From positions 95,790,001 through 95,854,000 of the forward strand of contig OZ024743.1 in NCBI GenBank assembly GCA_964016885.1: DNA of 64,000 nt. Direction: 5' to 3'. Below, one piece after another: positions 51,701 through 64,000 of this stretch; the first letter of the stretch is position 1; every line of letters starts with the position of its first letter. The stretch comes from Eledone cirrhosa. Taxonomy: Eukaryota. Under the pieces are notes generated by a model, which was not told where the DNA came from, made no database searches, and saw only the letters and a program-made list of their open reading frames with translations. The position numbers and the translations under genes are program-made.

Positions 51701-54700
51701 GAATAGAAAGGTGTAGGAAGAGATAGAGAAGGAAGGAATAGAAAGGCGTAGGAAGAGATAGAGAAGGAAGGAATAGAAAGGCGTAGGAAGAGATAGAGAA
51801 GGAAGGAATAGAACAGCGTAGGAAGTGATAGAGAAGGAAGGAATAGAAAGGTGTAGGAAGAGATAGAGAAGGAAGGAATGGAAAGGTGTAGGAAGAGATA
51901 GAGAAGGAAGGAATGGAAAGGTGTAGGAAGAGATAGAGAAGGAAGTAATGGAAAGGCGTAGGAGGAGATAGAGAAGGAAGGAATAGAACAGCGTAGGAAG
52001 TGATAGAGAAGGAAGGAATAGAAAGGTGTAGGAAGAGATAGAGAAGGAAGGAATAGAACATCGTAGGAAGTGATAGAGAAGGAAGGAATAGAAAGGCGTA
52101 GGAAGAGATAGAGAAGGAAGGAATAGAACAGCGTAGGAAGTGATAGAGAAGGAAGGAATAGAAAGGTGTAGGAAGAGATAGAGAAGGAAGGAATGGAAAG
52201 GTGTAGGAAGAGATAGAGAAGGAAGGAATGGAAAGGCGTAGGAAGAGATAGAGAAGGAAGGAATAGAAAGGCGTAGGAAGAGATAGAGAAGGAAGGAATA
52301 GAAAGGCGTAGGAAGAGATAGAGAATGAAGGAATAGAAAGGTGTAGGAAGAGATAAAGAAGGAAGGAAGGGAAAGGCGTAGGAAGTGATAGAGAAGGAGG
52401 AATAGAAAGGCGTAGGAAGAGATAGAGAAGGAAGGAATAGAAAGGTGTAGGAAGAGATAGAGAATGAAGGAATAGAAAGGTATAGGAAGAGATAAAGATT
52501 GAAGGAAGGGAAAGGCGTAGGAAGAGATAGAGAAGGAAGGAATAGAAAGGCGTAGGAAGAGATAGAGAAGGAAGGAATAGAAAGGCGTAGGAAGAGATAG
52601 AGAAGGAAGGAATAGAACAGCGTAGGAAGAGATAGAGAAGGAAGGAATAGAAAGGTGTAGGAAAAGATAGAGAAGGAAGGAATGGAAAGGTGTAGGAAGA
52701 GATAGAGAAGGAAGGAATGGAAAGGTGTAGGAAGAGATAGAGAAGGAAGGAATGGAAAGGTGTAGGAAGAGATAGAGAAGGAAGGAATAGAAAGGCGTAG
52801 GAAGAGATAGAGAAGGAAGGAATAGAAAGGCGTAGGAAGAGATATAGAATGAAGGAATAGAAAGGTGTAGGAAGAGTTAAAGAAGGAAGGAATAGAAAGG
52901 CGTAGGAAGAGATAGAGAAGGAGGAATAGAAAGGCGTAGGAAGAGATAGAGAAGGAAGGAATAGAAAGGTGTAGGAAGAGATAGAGAATGAAGGAATAGA
53001 AAGGTGTAGGAAGAGATAAAGATCGAAGGAAGGGAAAGGCGTAGGAAGAGATAGAGAAGGAAGGAATAGAAAGGCGTAGGAAGAGATAGAGAAGGAAGGA
53101 ATAGAAAGACGTAGGAAGAGATAGAGAAGGAACGAATAGAAAGGTGTAGGAAGAGATAGAGAAGGAAGGAATAGAAAGACGTAGGAAGAGATAGAGAAGG
53201 AAAGAATAGAAAGGCGTAGGAAGAGATAGAGAATGAAGGAATAGAAAGGTGTAGAAAGAGATAAAGAAGGAAGGAAGGGAAAGGCGTAGGAAGAGATAGA
53301 GAAGGAAGGAATAGAAAGGCGTAGGAAGAGATAGAGAAGGAAGGAATGGAAAGGTGTAGGAAGAGATAAAGAAGGAAGGAAAGGAAAGGCGTAGGAAGAG
53401 ATAGAGAAGGAAGGAATAGAAAGGCGTAGGAAGAGATAGAGAAGGAAGGAATAGAAAGGCGTAGGAAGAGATAGAGAATGAAGGAATAGAACAGCGTAGG
53501 AAGTGATAGAGAAGGAAGGAATAGAAAGGTGTAGGAAGAGATAGAGAAGGCAGGAATGGAAAGGTGTAGGAAGAGATAGAGAAGGAAGGAATGGAAAGGT
53601 GTAGGAGGAGATAGAGAAGGAAGTAATGGAAAGGCGTAGGAGGAGATAGAGAAGGAAGGAATAGAAAGGCGTAGGAAGAGATAGAGAAGGAAGGAATGGA
53701 AAGTCGTAGGAAGAGATAGAGAAGGAAGGAATAGAAAGGCGTAGGAAGAGATAGAGAAGGAAGGAATAGAAAGGCGTAGGAAGAGATAGAGAATGAAGGA
53801 ATAGAAAGGTGTAGGAAGAGATAAAGAAGGAAGGAAGGGAAAGGCATAGGAAGTGATAGAGAAGGAGGAATAGAAAGGCGTAGGAAGAGATAGAGAAGGA
53901 AGGAATAGAAAGGTGTAGGAAGAGATAGAGAATGAAGGAATAGAAAGGTATAGGAAGAGATAAAGATTGAAGGAAGGGAAAGGCGTAGGAAGAGATAGAG
54001 AAGGAAGGAATAGAAAGGCGTAGGAAGAGATAGAGAAGGAAGGAATAGAAAGGAGTAGGAAGAGATAGAGAAGGAAGGAATAGAAAGGCGTAGGAAGAGA
54101 TAGAGAATGAAGGAATAGAAAGGTGTAGGAAGAAATAAAGAAGGAAGGAAGGGAAAGGCGTAGGAAGAGATAGAGAAGGAGGAATAGAAAGGCGTAGGAA
54201 GAGATAGAGAAGGAAGGAATGGAAAGGTGTAGGAAGAGTTAGAGAAGGAAGGAATGGAAAGGCGTAGGTAGAGATAGAGAAGGAAGGAATAGAAAGGTGT
54301 AGGAAGAGATAGAGAAGGAAGGAATGGAAAGGCGTAGCAAGAGATACAGAAAGAAGGAATGGAAAGGTGTAGGAAGAGATAGAGAAAGGGAGGAATAGAA
54401 AGGTGTAGGAAGAGATAGAGAAGGAAGGAATGGAAAGGTGTAGGAAGAGATAGAGAAGGAAGGAATAGAAAGGCTTAGGAAGAGATTGAGAAGGAAGGAA
54501 TGGAAAGGTGTAGGAAGAGATAGAGAAGGAAGGAATAGAAAGGCTTAGGAAGAGATTGAGAAGGAAGGAATAGAACAGCTTAGGAAGAGATAGAGAAGGA
54601 AGGAATAGAAAGGTGTAGGAAGAGATAGAGAAGGAAGGAATTGAACAGCGTAGGAAGAGATAGAGAAGGAAGGAATAGAAAGGTGTAGGAAGAGATAGAG

Positions 54701-57700
54701 AAGGAAGGAATAGAAAGGCGTAGGAAGAGATAGAGAAGGAAGGAATAGAAAGGCTTAGGATGAGATAGAGAAGGAAGGAATAGAACAGCGTAGGAAGAGA
54801 TAGAGAAGGAAGGAATAGAAAGGCGTAGGAAGAGATAGAGAAGGAAGTAATGGAAAGGCGTAGGAAGAGATAGAGAAGGAAGGAATGGAAAGGTGTAGGA
54901 AGAGATAGAGAAGGAAGGAATGGAAAGGCGTAGGAAGAGATAGAGGAGGAAGGAATAGAAAGGTGTAGGAAGAGATAGAGAAGGAAGGAATGGAAAGGTG
55001 TAGGAAGAGATAGAGAAGGAAGTAATGGAAAGGCGTAGGAAGAGATAGAGAAGGAGGAATAGAAAGGCGTAGGAAGAGATAGAGAAGGAAGGAATGGAAA
55101 GGTGTAGGAAGAGATAGAGAAGGAAGGAATGGAAAGGCGTAGGAAGAGATAGAGAAGGAGGAATAGAAAGGCGTAGGAAGAGATAGAGAAGGAAGGAATG
55201 GAAAGGCGTAGGAAGAGATAGAGAAGGAGGAATAGAAAGGCGTAGGAAGAGATAGAGAAGGAAGGAATGGAAAGGTGTAGGAAGAGTTAGAGAAGGAAGG
55301 AATGGAAAGGCGTAGGAAGAGATAGAGAAGGAAGGAATGGAAAGGCGTAGGAAAAGATAGAGTAGGAGGAATAGAAAGGCGTAGGAAGAGATAGAGAAGG
55401 ATGGAATAGAAAGGCGTAGGAAGAGATAGAGAAGGAAGGAATGGAAAGGTGTAGGAAGAGATAAAGAAGGAAGGAAAGGAAAGGCGTAGGAAGAGATAGA
55501 GAAGGAAGGAATAGAAAGGCGTAGGAAGAGATAGAGAAGGAAGGAATAGAAAGGCGTAGGAAGAGATAGAGAATGAAGGAATAGAACAGCGTAGGAAGTG
55601 ATAGAGAAGGAAGGAATAGAAAGGTGTAGGAAGAGATAGAGAAGGAAGGAATGGAAAGGTGTAGGAAGAGATAGAGAAGGAAGGAATGGAAAGGTGTAGG
55701 AGGAGATAGAGAAGGAAGTAATGGAAAGGCGTAGGAGGAGATAGAGAAGGAAGGAATAGAAAGGCGTAGGAAGAGATAGAGAAGGAAGGAATGGAAAGTC
55801 GTAGGAAGAGATAGAGAAGGAAGGAATAGAAAGGCGTAGGAAGAGATAGAGAAGGAAGGAATAGAAAGGCGTAGGAAGAGATAGAGAATGAAGGAATAGA
55901 AAGGTGTAGGAAGAGATAAAGAAGGAAGGAAGGGAAAGGCATAGGAAGTGATAGAGAAGGAGGAATAGAAAGGCGTAGGAAGAGATAGAGAAGGAAGGAA
56001 TAGAAAGGTGTAGGAAGAGATAGAGAATGAAGGAATAGAAAGGTATAGGAAGAGATAAAGATTGAAGGAAGGGAAAGGCGTAGGAAGAGATAGAGAAGGA
56101 AGGAATAGAAAGGCGTAGGAAGAGATAGAGAAGGAAGGAATAGAAAGGAGTAGGAAGAGATAGAGAAGGAAGGAATAGAAAGGCGTAGGAAGAGATAGAG
56201 AATGAAGGAATAGAAAGGTGTAGGAAGAGATAAAGAAGGAAGGAAGGGAAAGGCGTAGGAAGAGATAGAGAAGGAGGAATAGAAAGGCGTAGGAAGAGAT
56301 AGAGAAGGAAGGAATGGAAAGGTGTAGGAAGAGTTAGAGAAGGAAGGAATGGAAAGGCGTAGGTAGAGATAGAGAAGGAAGGAATAGAAAGGTGTAGGAA
56401 GAGATAGAGAAGGAAGGAATGGAAAGGCGTAGCAAGAGATACAGAAAGAAGGAATGGAAAGGTGTAGGAAGAGATAGAGAAAGGGAGGAATAGAAAGGTG
56501 TAGGAAGAGATAGAGAAGGAAGGAATGGAAAGGTGTAGGAAGAGATAGAGAAGGAAGGAATAGAAAGGCTTAGGAAGAGATTGAGAAGGAAGGAATGGAA
56601 AGGTGTAGGAAGAGATAGAGAAGGAAGGAATAGAAAGGCTTAGGAAGAGATTGAGAAGGAAGGAATAGAACAGCTTAGGAAGAGATAGAGAAGGAAGGAA
56701 TAGAAAGGTGTAGGAAGAGATAGAGAAGGAAGGAATTGAACAGCGTAGGAAGAGATAGAGAAGGAAGGAATAGAAAGGTGTAGGAAGAGATAGAGAAGGA
56801 AGGAATAGAAAGGCGTAGGAAGAGATAGAGAAGGAAGGAATAGAAAGGCTTAGGATGAGATAGAGAAGGAAGGAATAGAACAGCGTAGGAAGAGATAGAG
56901 AAGGAAGGAATAGAAAGGCGTAGGAAGAGATAGAGAAGGAAGTAATGGAAAGGCGTAGGAAGAGATAGAGAAGGAAGGAATGGAAAGGTGTAGGAAGAGA
57001 TAGAGAAGGAAGGAATGGAAAGGCGTAGGAAGAGATAGAGGAGGAAGGAATAGAAAGGTGTAGGAAGAGATAGAGAAGGAAGGAATGGAAAGGTGTAGGA
57101 AAAGATAGAGAAGGAAGTAATGGAAAGGCGTAGGAAGAGATAGAGAAGGAGGAATAGAAAGGCGTAGGAAGAGATAGAGAAGGAAGGAATGGAAAGGTGT
57201 AGGAAGAGATAGAGAAGGAAGGAATGGAAAGGCGTAGGAAGAGATAGAGAAGGAGGAATAGAAAGGCGTAGGAAGAGATAGAGAAGGAAGGAATGGAAAG
57301 GCGTAGGAAGAGATAGAGAAGGAGGAATAGAAAGGCGTAGGAAGAGATAGAGAAGGAAGGAATGGAAAGGTGTAGGAAGAGTTAGAGAAGGAAGGAATGG
57401 AAAGGCGTAGGAAGAGATAGAGAAGGAAGGAATGGAAAGGCGTAGGAAAAGATAGAGTAGGAGGAATAGAAAGGCGTAGGAAGAGATAGAGAAGGATGGA
57501 ATAGAAAGGCGTAGGAAGAGATAGAGAAGGAAGGAATAGAACAGTGTAGGAAGAGATAGAGAAGGAAGGAATAGAAAGACGTAGGAAGAGATAGAGAAGG
57601 AAAGAATAGAAAGCCGTAGGAAGAGATAGAGAATGAAGGAATAGAAAGGTGTAGGAAGAGATAAAGAAGGAAGGAAGGGAAAAGCGTGGGAAGAGATAGA

Positions 57701-60700
57701 GAAGGAAGGAATAGAAAGGCGTAGGAAGAGATAGAGAAGGAAGGAATGGAAAGGTGTAGGAAGAGATAAAGAAGGAAGGAAAGGAAAGGCGTAGGAAGAG
57801 ATAGAGAAGGAAGGAATAGAAAGGCGTAGGAAGAGATAGAGAAGGAAGGAATAGAAAGGCGTAGGAAGAGATAGAGAATGAAGGAATAGAAAGGTGTGGG
57901 AAGAGATAAAGAAGGAAGGAAGGGAAAGGCGTAGGAAGAGATAGAGAAGTAAGGAATAGAAAGGCGTAGGAGGAGATAGAGAAGGAAGGAATAGGAAGAT
58001 GTAGGAAGAGATAGAGAAGGAAGGAATAGAACAGCGTAGGAAGAGATAGAGAAGGAAGGAATAGAAAGGCGTAGGAAGTGATAGAGAAGGAGGAATAGAA
58101 AGGCGTAGGAAGAGATAGAGAAGGAAGGAATAGAAAGGTGTAGGAAGAGATAGAGAATGAAGGAATAGAAAGGTATAGGAAGAGATAAAGATTGAAGGAA
58201 GGGAAAGGCGTAGGAAGAGATAGAGAAGGAAGGAATAGAAAGGCGTAGGAAGAGATAGAGAAGGAAGGAATAGAAAGGAGTAGGAAGAGATAGAGAAGGA
58301 AGGAATAGAAAGGCGTAGGAAGAGATAGAGAATGAAGGAATAGAAAGGTGTAGGAAGAGATAAAGAAGGAAGGAAGGGAAAGGCGTAGGAAGAGATAGAG
58401 AATGAAGGAATAGAAAGGTGTAGGAAGAGATAAAGAAGGAAGGAATAGAAAGGCGTAGGAAGAGATAGAGAAGGAAGGAATAGAAAGGCGTAGGAAGAGA
58501 TAGAGAAGGAAGGAATAGAAAGGAGTAGGAAGAGATAGAGAAGGAAGGAATAGAAAGGCGTAGGAAGAGATAGAGAATGAAGGAATAGAAAGGTGTAGGA
58601 AGAGATAAAGAAGGAAGGAATAGAAAGGCGTAGGAAGAGATAGAGAAGGAAGGAATAGAAAGGCGTAGGAAGAGATAGAGAAGGAAGGAATAGAAAGGAG
58701 TAGGAAGAGATAGAGAAGGAAGGAATAGAAAGGCGTAGGAAGAGATAGAGAATGAAGGAATAGAAAGGTGTAGGAAGAGATAAAGAAGGAAGGAAGGGAA
58801 AGGCGTAGGAAGAGATAGAGAAGGAGGAATAGAAAGGCGTAGGAAGAGATAGAGAAGGAAGGAATGGAAAGGTGTAGGAAGAGTTAGAGAAGGAAGGAAT
58901 GGAAAGGCGTAGGAAGAGATAGAGAAGGAAGGAATAGAAAGGTGTAGGAAGAGATAGAGAAGGAAGGAATGGAAAGGCGTAGGAAAAGATAGAGAAGGAA
59001 GGAATAGAAAGGTGTAGGAAGAGATAGAGAAGGAAGGAATGGAAAGGTGTAGGAAGAGATAGAGAAGGAAGGAATAGAAAGGCTTAGGAAGAGATTGAGA
59101 AGGAAGGAATAGAACAGCGTAGGAAGAGATAGAGAAGGAAGGAATAGAAAGGTGTAGGAAGAGATAGAGAAGGAAGGAATTGAACAGCGTAGGAAGAGAT
59201 AGAGAAGGAAGGAATAGAAAGGTGTAGGAAGAGATAGAGAAGGAAGGAATAGAAAGGCGTAGGAAGAGATAGAGAAGGAAGGAATAGAAAGGCTTAGGAT
59301 GAGATAGAGAAGGAAGGAATAGAACAGCGTAGGAAGAGATAGAGAAGGAAGGAATAGTAAGGCGTAGGAAGAGATAGAGAAGGAAGTAATGGAAAGGCGT
59401 AGGAAGAAATAGAGAAGGAAGGAATGGAAAGGTGTAGGAAGAGATAGAGAAGGAAGGAATGGAAAGGCGTAGGAAGAGATAGAGGAGGAAGGAATAGAAA
59501 GGTGTAGGAAGAGATAGAGAAGGAAGGAATGGAAAGGTGTAGGAAGAGATAGAGAAGGAAGTAATGGAAAGGCGTAGGAAGAGATAGAGAAGGAGGAATA
59601 GAAAGGCGTAGGAAGAGATAGAGAAGGAAGGAATGGAAAGGTGTAGGAAGAGATAGAGAAGGAAGGAATGGAAAGGCGTAGGAAGAGATAGAGAAGGAGG
59701 AATAGAAAGGCGTAGGAAGAGATAGAGAAGGAAGGAATGGAAAGGGGTAGGAAGAGATAGAGAAGGAGGAATAGAAAGGCGTAGGAAGAGATAGAGAAGG
59801 AAGGAATGGAAAGGTGTAGGAAGAGTTAGAGAAGGAAGGAATGGAAAGGCGTAGGAAGAGATAGAGAAGGAAGGAATGGAAAGGCGTAGGAAAAGATAGA
59901 GTAGGAGGAATAGAAAGGCGTAGGAAGAGATAGAGAAGGAAGGAATAGAAAGGCGTAGGAAGAGATAGAGAAGGAAGGAATAGAAAGGCGTAGGAAGAGA
60001 TAGAGAAGGAAGGAATGGAAAGGCGTAGGAAGTGATAGAGAAGGAAGTAATAGAACTGCGTAGGAAGAGATAGAGAAGGAAGGAATAGAAAAACGTAGGA
60101 AGAGATAGAGAAGGAAGGAATAGAAAGGTGTAGGAAGTGATAGAGAAGGAAGGAATAGAAAGGCGTAGGAAGAGATAGAGAATGAAGGAATAGAAAGGTG
60201 TAGGAAGAGATAGAGAAGGAAGGAATGGAAAGGCGTAGGAAGAGATAGAGCAGGAGGAATAGAAAGGCGTAGGAAGAGATAGAGAAGGAAGGAATGGAAA
60301 GGCTTAGGAACAGATAGAGAAGGAAGGAATAGAAAGGTGTAGGAAGAGATAAAGAAGGAAGGAATAGAAAGGCGTAGGAAGAGATAGAGAAGGAGGAATA
60401 GAAAGGCGTAGGAAGAGATAGAGAAGGAAGGAATAGAAAGGCGTAGGAAGAGATAGAGAAGGAAGGAATGGAAAGGCTTAGGAACAGATAGAGAAGGAAG
60501 GAATAGAAAGGCGTAGGAAGAGATAGAGAAGGAAGGAATAGAAAGGCGTAGGAAGAGATAGAGAAGGAAGGAATGGAAAGGCGTAGGAAGAGATAGAGAA
60601 GGAGGAATAGAAAGGCGTAGGAAGAGATAGAGAAGGAAGGAATAGAACAGTGTAGGAAGAGATAGAGAAGGAAGGAATAGAAAGGCGTAGGAAGAGATAG

Positions 60701-63700
60701 AGAAGGAAGGAATAGAAAGGCGTAGGAGGAGATAGAGAAGGAAGGAATAGAAAGGCGTAGGAAGAGATAGAGAAGGAAGGAATGGAAAGGTGTAGGAAGA
60801 GTTAGAGAAGGAAGAAATGGAAAGGCGTAGGAAGAGATAGAGAAGGAAGGAATGGAATGGCGTAGGAAAAGATAGAGTAGGAGGAATAGAAAGGCGTAGG
60901 AAGAGATAGAGAAGGAAGGAATAGAAAGGCGTAGGAAGAGATAGAGAAGGAAGGAATAGAACAGTGTAGGAAGAGATAGAGAAGGAAGGAATAGAAAGGC
61001 GTAGGAAGAGATAGAGAAGGAAGGAATAGAAAGGCGTAGGAGGAGATAGAGAAGGAAGGAATAGAAAGGCGTAGGAAGAGATAGAGAAGGAAGGAATAGA
61101 AAGGCGTAGGAAGAGATAGAGAAGGAAGGAATAGAAAGGCGTAGGAGGAGATAGAGAAGGAAGGAATAGAAAGGCGTAGGAAGAGATAGAGAAGGAAGGA
61201 ATGGAAAGGCGTAGGAAGAGATAGAGAAGGAAGGAATAGAAAGGTGTAGGAAGAGATAGAGAAGGAGGAATAGAAAGGCGTAGGAAGAGATAGAGAATGA
61301 AGGAATAGAAAGGCGTAGGAAGAGATAGAGAAGGAAGGAATGGAAAGGCGTAGGAAGAGATAGAGCAGGAGGAATAGAAAGGCGTAGGAAGAGATAGAGA
61401 AGGAAGGAATGGAAAGGCTTAGGAACAGATAGAGAAGGAAGGAATAGAAAGGTGTAGGAAGAGATAAAGAAGGAAGGAATAGAAAGGCGTAGGAAGAGAT
61501 AGAGAAGGAGGAATAGAAAGGCGTAGGAAGAGATAGAGAAGGAAGGAATAGAAAGGCGTAGGAAGAGATAGAGAAGGAAGGAATGGAAAGGCGTAGGAAG
61601 AGATAGAGAAGGAGGAATAGAAAGGCGTAGGAAGAGATAGAGAAGGAAGGAATAGAACAGTGTAGGAAGAGATAGAGAAGGAAGGAATAGAAAGGCGTAG
61701 GAAGAGATAGAGAAGGAAGGAATAGAAAGGCGTAGGAGGAGATAGAGAAGGAAGGAATAGAAAGGCGTAGGAAGAGATAGAGAAGGAAGGAATGGAAAGG
61801 TGTAGGAAGAGTTAGAGAAGGAAGAAATGGAAAGGCGTAGGAAGAGATAGAGAAGGAAGGAATGGAATGGCGTAGGAAAAGATAGAGTAGGAGGAATAGA
61901 AAGGCGTAGGAAGAGATAGAGAAGGAAGGAATAGAAAGGCGTAGGAAGAGATAGAGAAGGAAGGAATAGAACAGTGTAGGAAGAGATAGAGAAGGAAGGA
62001 ATAGAAAGGCGTAGGAAGAGATAGAGAAGGAAGGAATAGAAAGGCGTAGGAGGAGATAGAGAAGGAAGGAATAGAAAGGCGTAGGAAGAGATAGAGAAGG
62101 AAGGAATAGAAAGGCGTAGGAAGAGATAGAGAAGGAAGGAATAGAAAGGCGTAGGAGGAGATAGAGAAGGAAGGAATAGAAAGGCGTAGGAAGAGATAGA
62201 GAAGGAAGGAATGGAAAGGCGTAGGAAGAGATAGAGAAGGAAGGAATAGAAAGGCGTAGGAAGAGATAGAGAAGGAAGGAATAGAAAGGCGTAGGAAGAG
62301 ATAGAGAATGAAGGAATAGAAAGGTGTAGGAAGAGATAAAGAAGGAAGGAAGGGAAAGGCGTAGGAAGAGATAGAGAAGGAGGAATAGAAAGGCGTAGGA
62401 AGAGATAGAGAAGGAAGGAATAGAAAGGTGTAGGAAGAGATAGAGAATGAAGGAATAGAAAGGTATAGGAAGAGATAAAGATTGAAGGAAGGGAAAGGCG
62501 TAGGAAGAGATAGAGAAGGAAGGAATAGAAAGGCGTAAGAAGAGATAGAGAAGGAAGGAATAGAAAGGAGTAGGAAGAGATAGAGAAGGAAGGAATAGAA
62601 AGGCGTAGGAAGAGATAGAGAATGAAGGAATAGAAAGGTGTAGGAAGAGATAAAGAAGGAAGGAAGGGAAAGGCGTAGGAAGAGATAGAGAAGGAGGAAT
62701 AGAAAGGCGTAGGAAGAGATAGAGAAGGAGGAATAGAAAGGCGTAGGAAGAGATAGAGAAGGAAGGAATGGAAAGGTGTAGGAAGAGTTAGAGAAGGAAG
62801 GAATGGAAAGGCGTAGGAAGAGATAGAGAAGGAAGGAATGGAAAGGCGTAGGAAAAGATAGAGTAGGAGGAATAGAAAGGCGTAGGAAGAGATAGAGAAG
62901 GAAGGAATAGAACAGTGTAGGAAGAGATAGAGAAGGAAGGAATAGAAAGGCGTAGGAAGAGATAGAGAAGGAAGGAATAGAAAGGCGTAGGAAGAGATAG
63001 AGAAGGAAGGAATGGAAAGGCGTAGGAAGTGATAGAGAAGGAAGTAATAGAACTGCGTAGGAAGAGATAGAGAAGGAAGGAATAGAAAAACGTAGGAAGA
63101 GATAGAGAAGGAAGGAATAGAAAGGTGTAGGAAGTGATAGAGAAGGAAGGAATAGAAAGGCGTAGGAAGAGATAGAGAATGAAGGAATAGAAAGGTGTAG
63201 GAAGAGATAGAGAAGGAAGGAATGGAAAGGCGTAGGAAGAGATAGAGAAGGACGGAATAGAAAGGCGTAGGAAGAGATAGAGAAGAAGGAATAGAAAGGC
63301 GTAGGAAGAGATAGAGAAGGAGGAATAGAAAGGCGTAGGAAGAGATAGAGAAGGAAGGAATGGAAAGGCGTAGGAAGTGATAGAGAAGGAAGTAATAGAA
63401 CTGCCTAGGAAGAGATAGAGAAGGAAGGAATAGGAAAACGTAGGAAGAGATATAGAAGGAATGAATGGAAAGGCGTAGGAAGAGATAGAGAAGGAAGGAA
63501 TAGAAAGGTGTAGGAAGAGATAGAGAAGGAAGGAATAGAAAGGCGTAGGAAGAGATAGAGAAGGAAGGAATAGAAAGGCGTAGGAAGAGATAGAGAAGGA
63601 AGGAATAGAACAGCGTAGGAAGTGATAGAGAAGGAAGGAATAGAAAGGTGTAGGAAGAGATAGAGAAGGAAGGAATGGAAAGGTGTAGGAAGAGATAGAG

Positions 63701-64000
63701 AAGGAAGGAATGGAAAGGTGTAGGAAGAGATAGAGAAGGAAGTAATGGAAAGGCGTAGGAGGAGATAGAGAAGGAAGGAATAGAAAGGCGTAGGAAGAGA
63801 TAGAGAAGGAAGGAATGGAAAGGCGTAGGAAGAGATAGAGAAGGAAGGAATAGAAAGGCGTAGGAAGAGATAGAGAAGGAAGGAATAGAAAGGCGTAGGA
63901 AGAGATAGAGAATGAAGGAATAGAAAGGTGTAGGAAGAGATAAAGAAGGAAGGAAGGGAAAGGCGTAGGAAGTGATAGAGAAGGAGGAATAGAAAGGCGT
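24741..64000. repeat. 35-bp purine-rich satellite array, consensus CGTAGGAAGAGATAGAGAAGGAAGGAAT(A/G)GAAAGG, about 1,120 units, runs off the window
   Basis: Period 35 (e.g. cgtag at 24771, 24806, 24841). The spurious minus-strand ORFs repeat every 35 aa (three units). Confidence 0.98.

Noticed and set aside
24452-55942. Very long minus-strand ORFs (up to 2,833 aa) rich in F/L/S/P
   Set aside because: The pyrimidine-rich strand of the 35-bp satellite lacks stop codons in all frames. The ORFs overlap in several frames and repeat every 35 aa, so they are not genes.
24741-64000. CRISPR-like array (repeat length about 35 bp)
   Set aside because: Units are head-to-tail with no unique spacers, there are no cas genes, and the context is eukaryotic.

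Overview
This is AT-rich animal genomic DNA made almost entirely of repeats. The tRNA-SINE families and very long TA/CA microsatellites suggest a cephalopod such as octopus (inference). No host gene is recognisable. Bases 1-6.2 kb hold a decayed Penelope-like retroelement (PLE, RT plus GIY-YIG) present as a 2.2-kb inverted duplication; one arm is fused to the endonuclease tail of a different PLE. Bases 6.2-24.6 kb are a mosaic of SINEs, LINE fragments, a mariner derivative and several short PLE-type/non-autonomous elements embedded in (TA)n. Many of these carry minimal type-I hammerhead ribozyme (HHR) motifs. The most notable is a 591-bp tandem unit whose two copies each carry a U3-A8 variant hammerhead with a branched stem II, a retrozyme-like design that could yield a 591-nt circular RNA. 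From 24.74 kb to the window end lies a purine-rich 35-bp satellite (about 1,120 units) with nested higher-order duplications, starting about 150 bp from a Helitron-like CTAG/hairpin terminus. All long ORFs in the satellite and microsatellites are artefacts.
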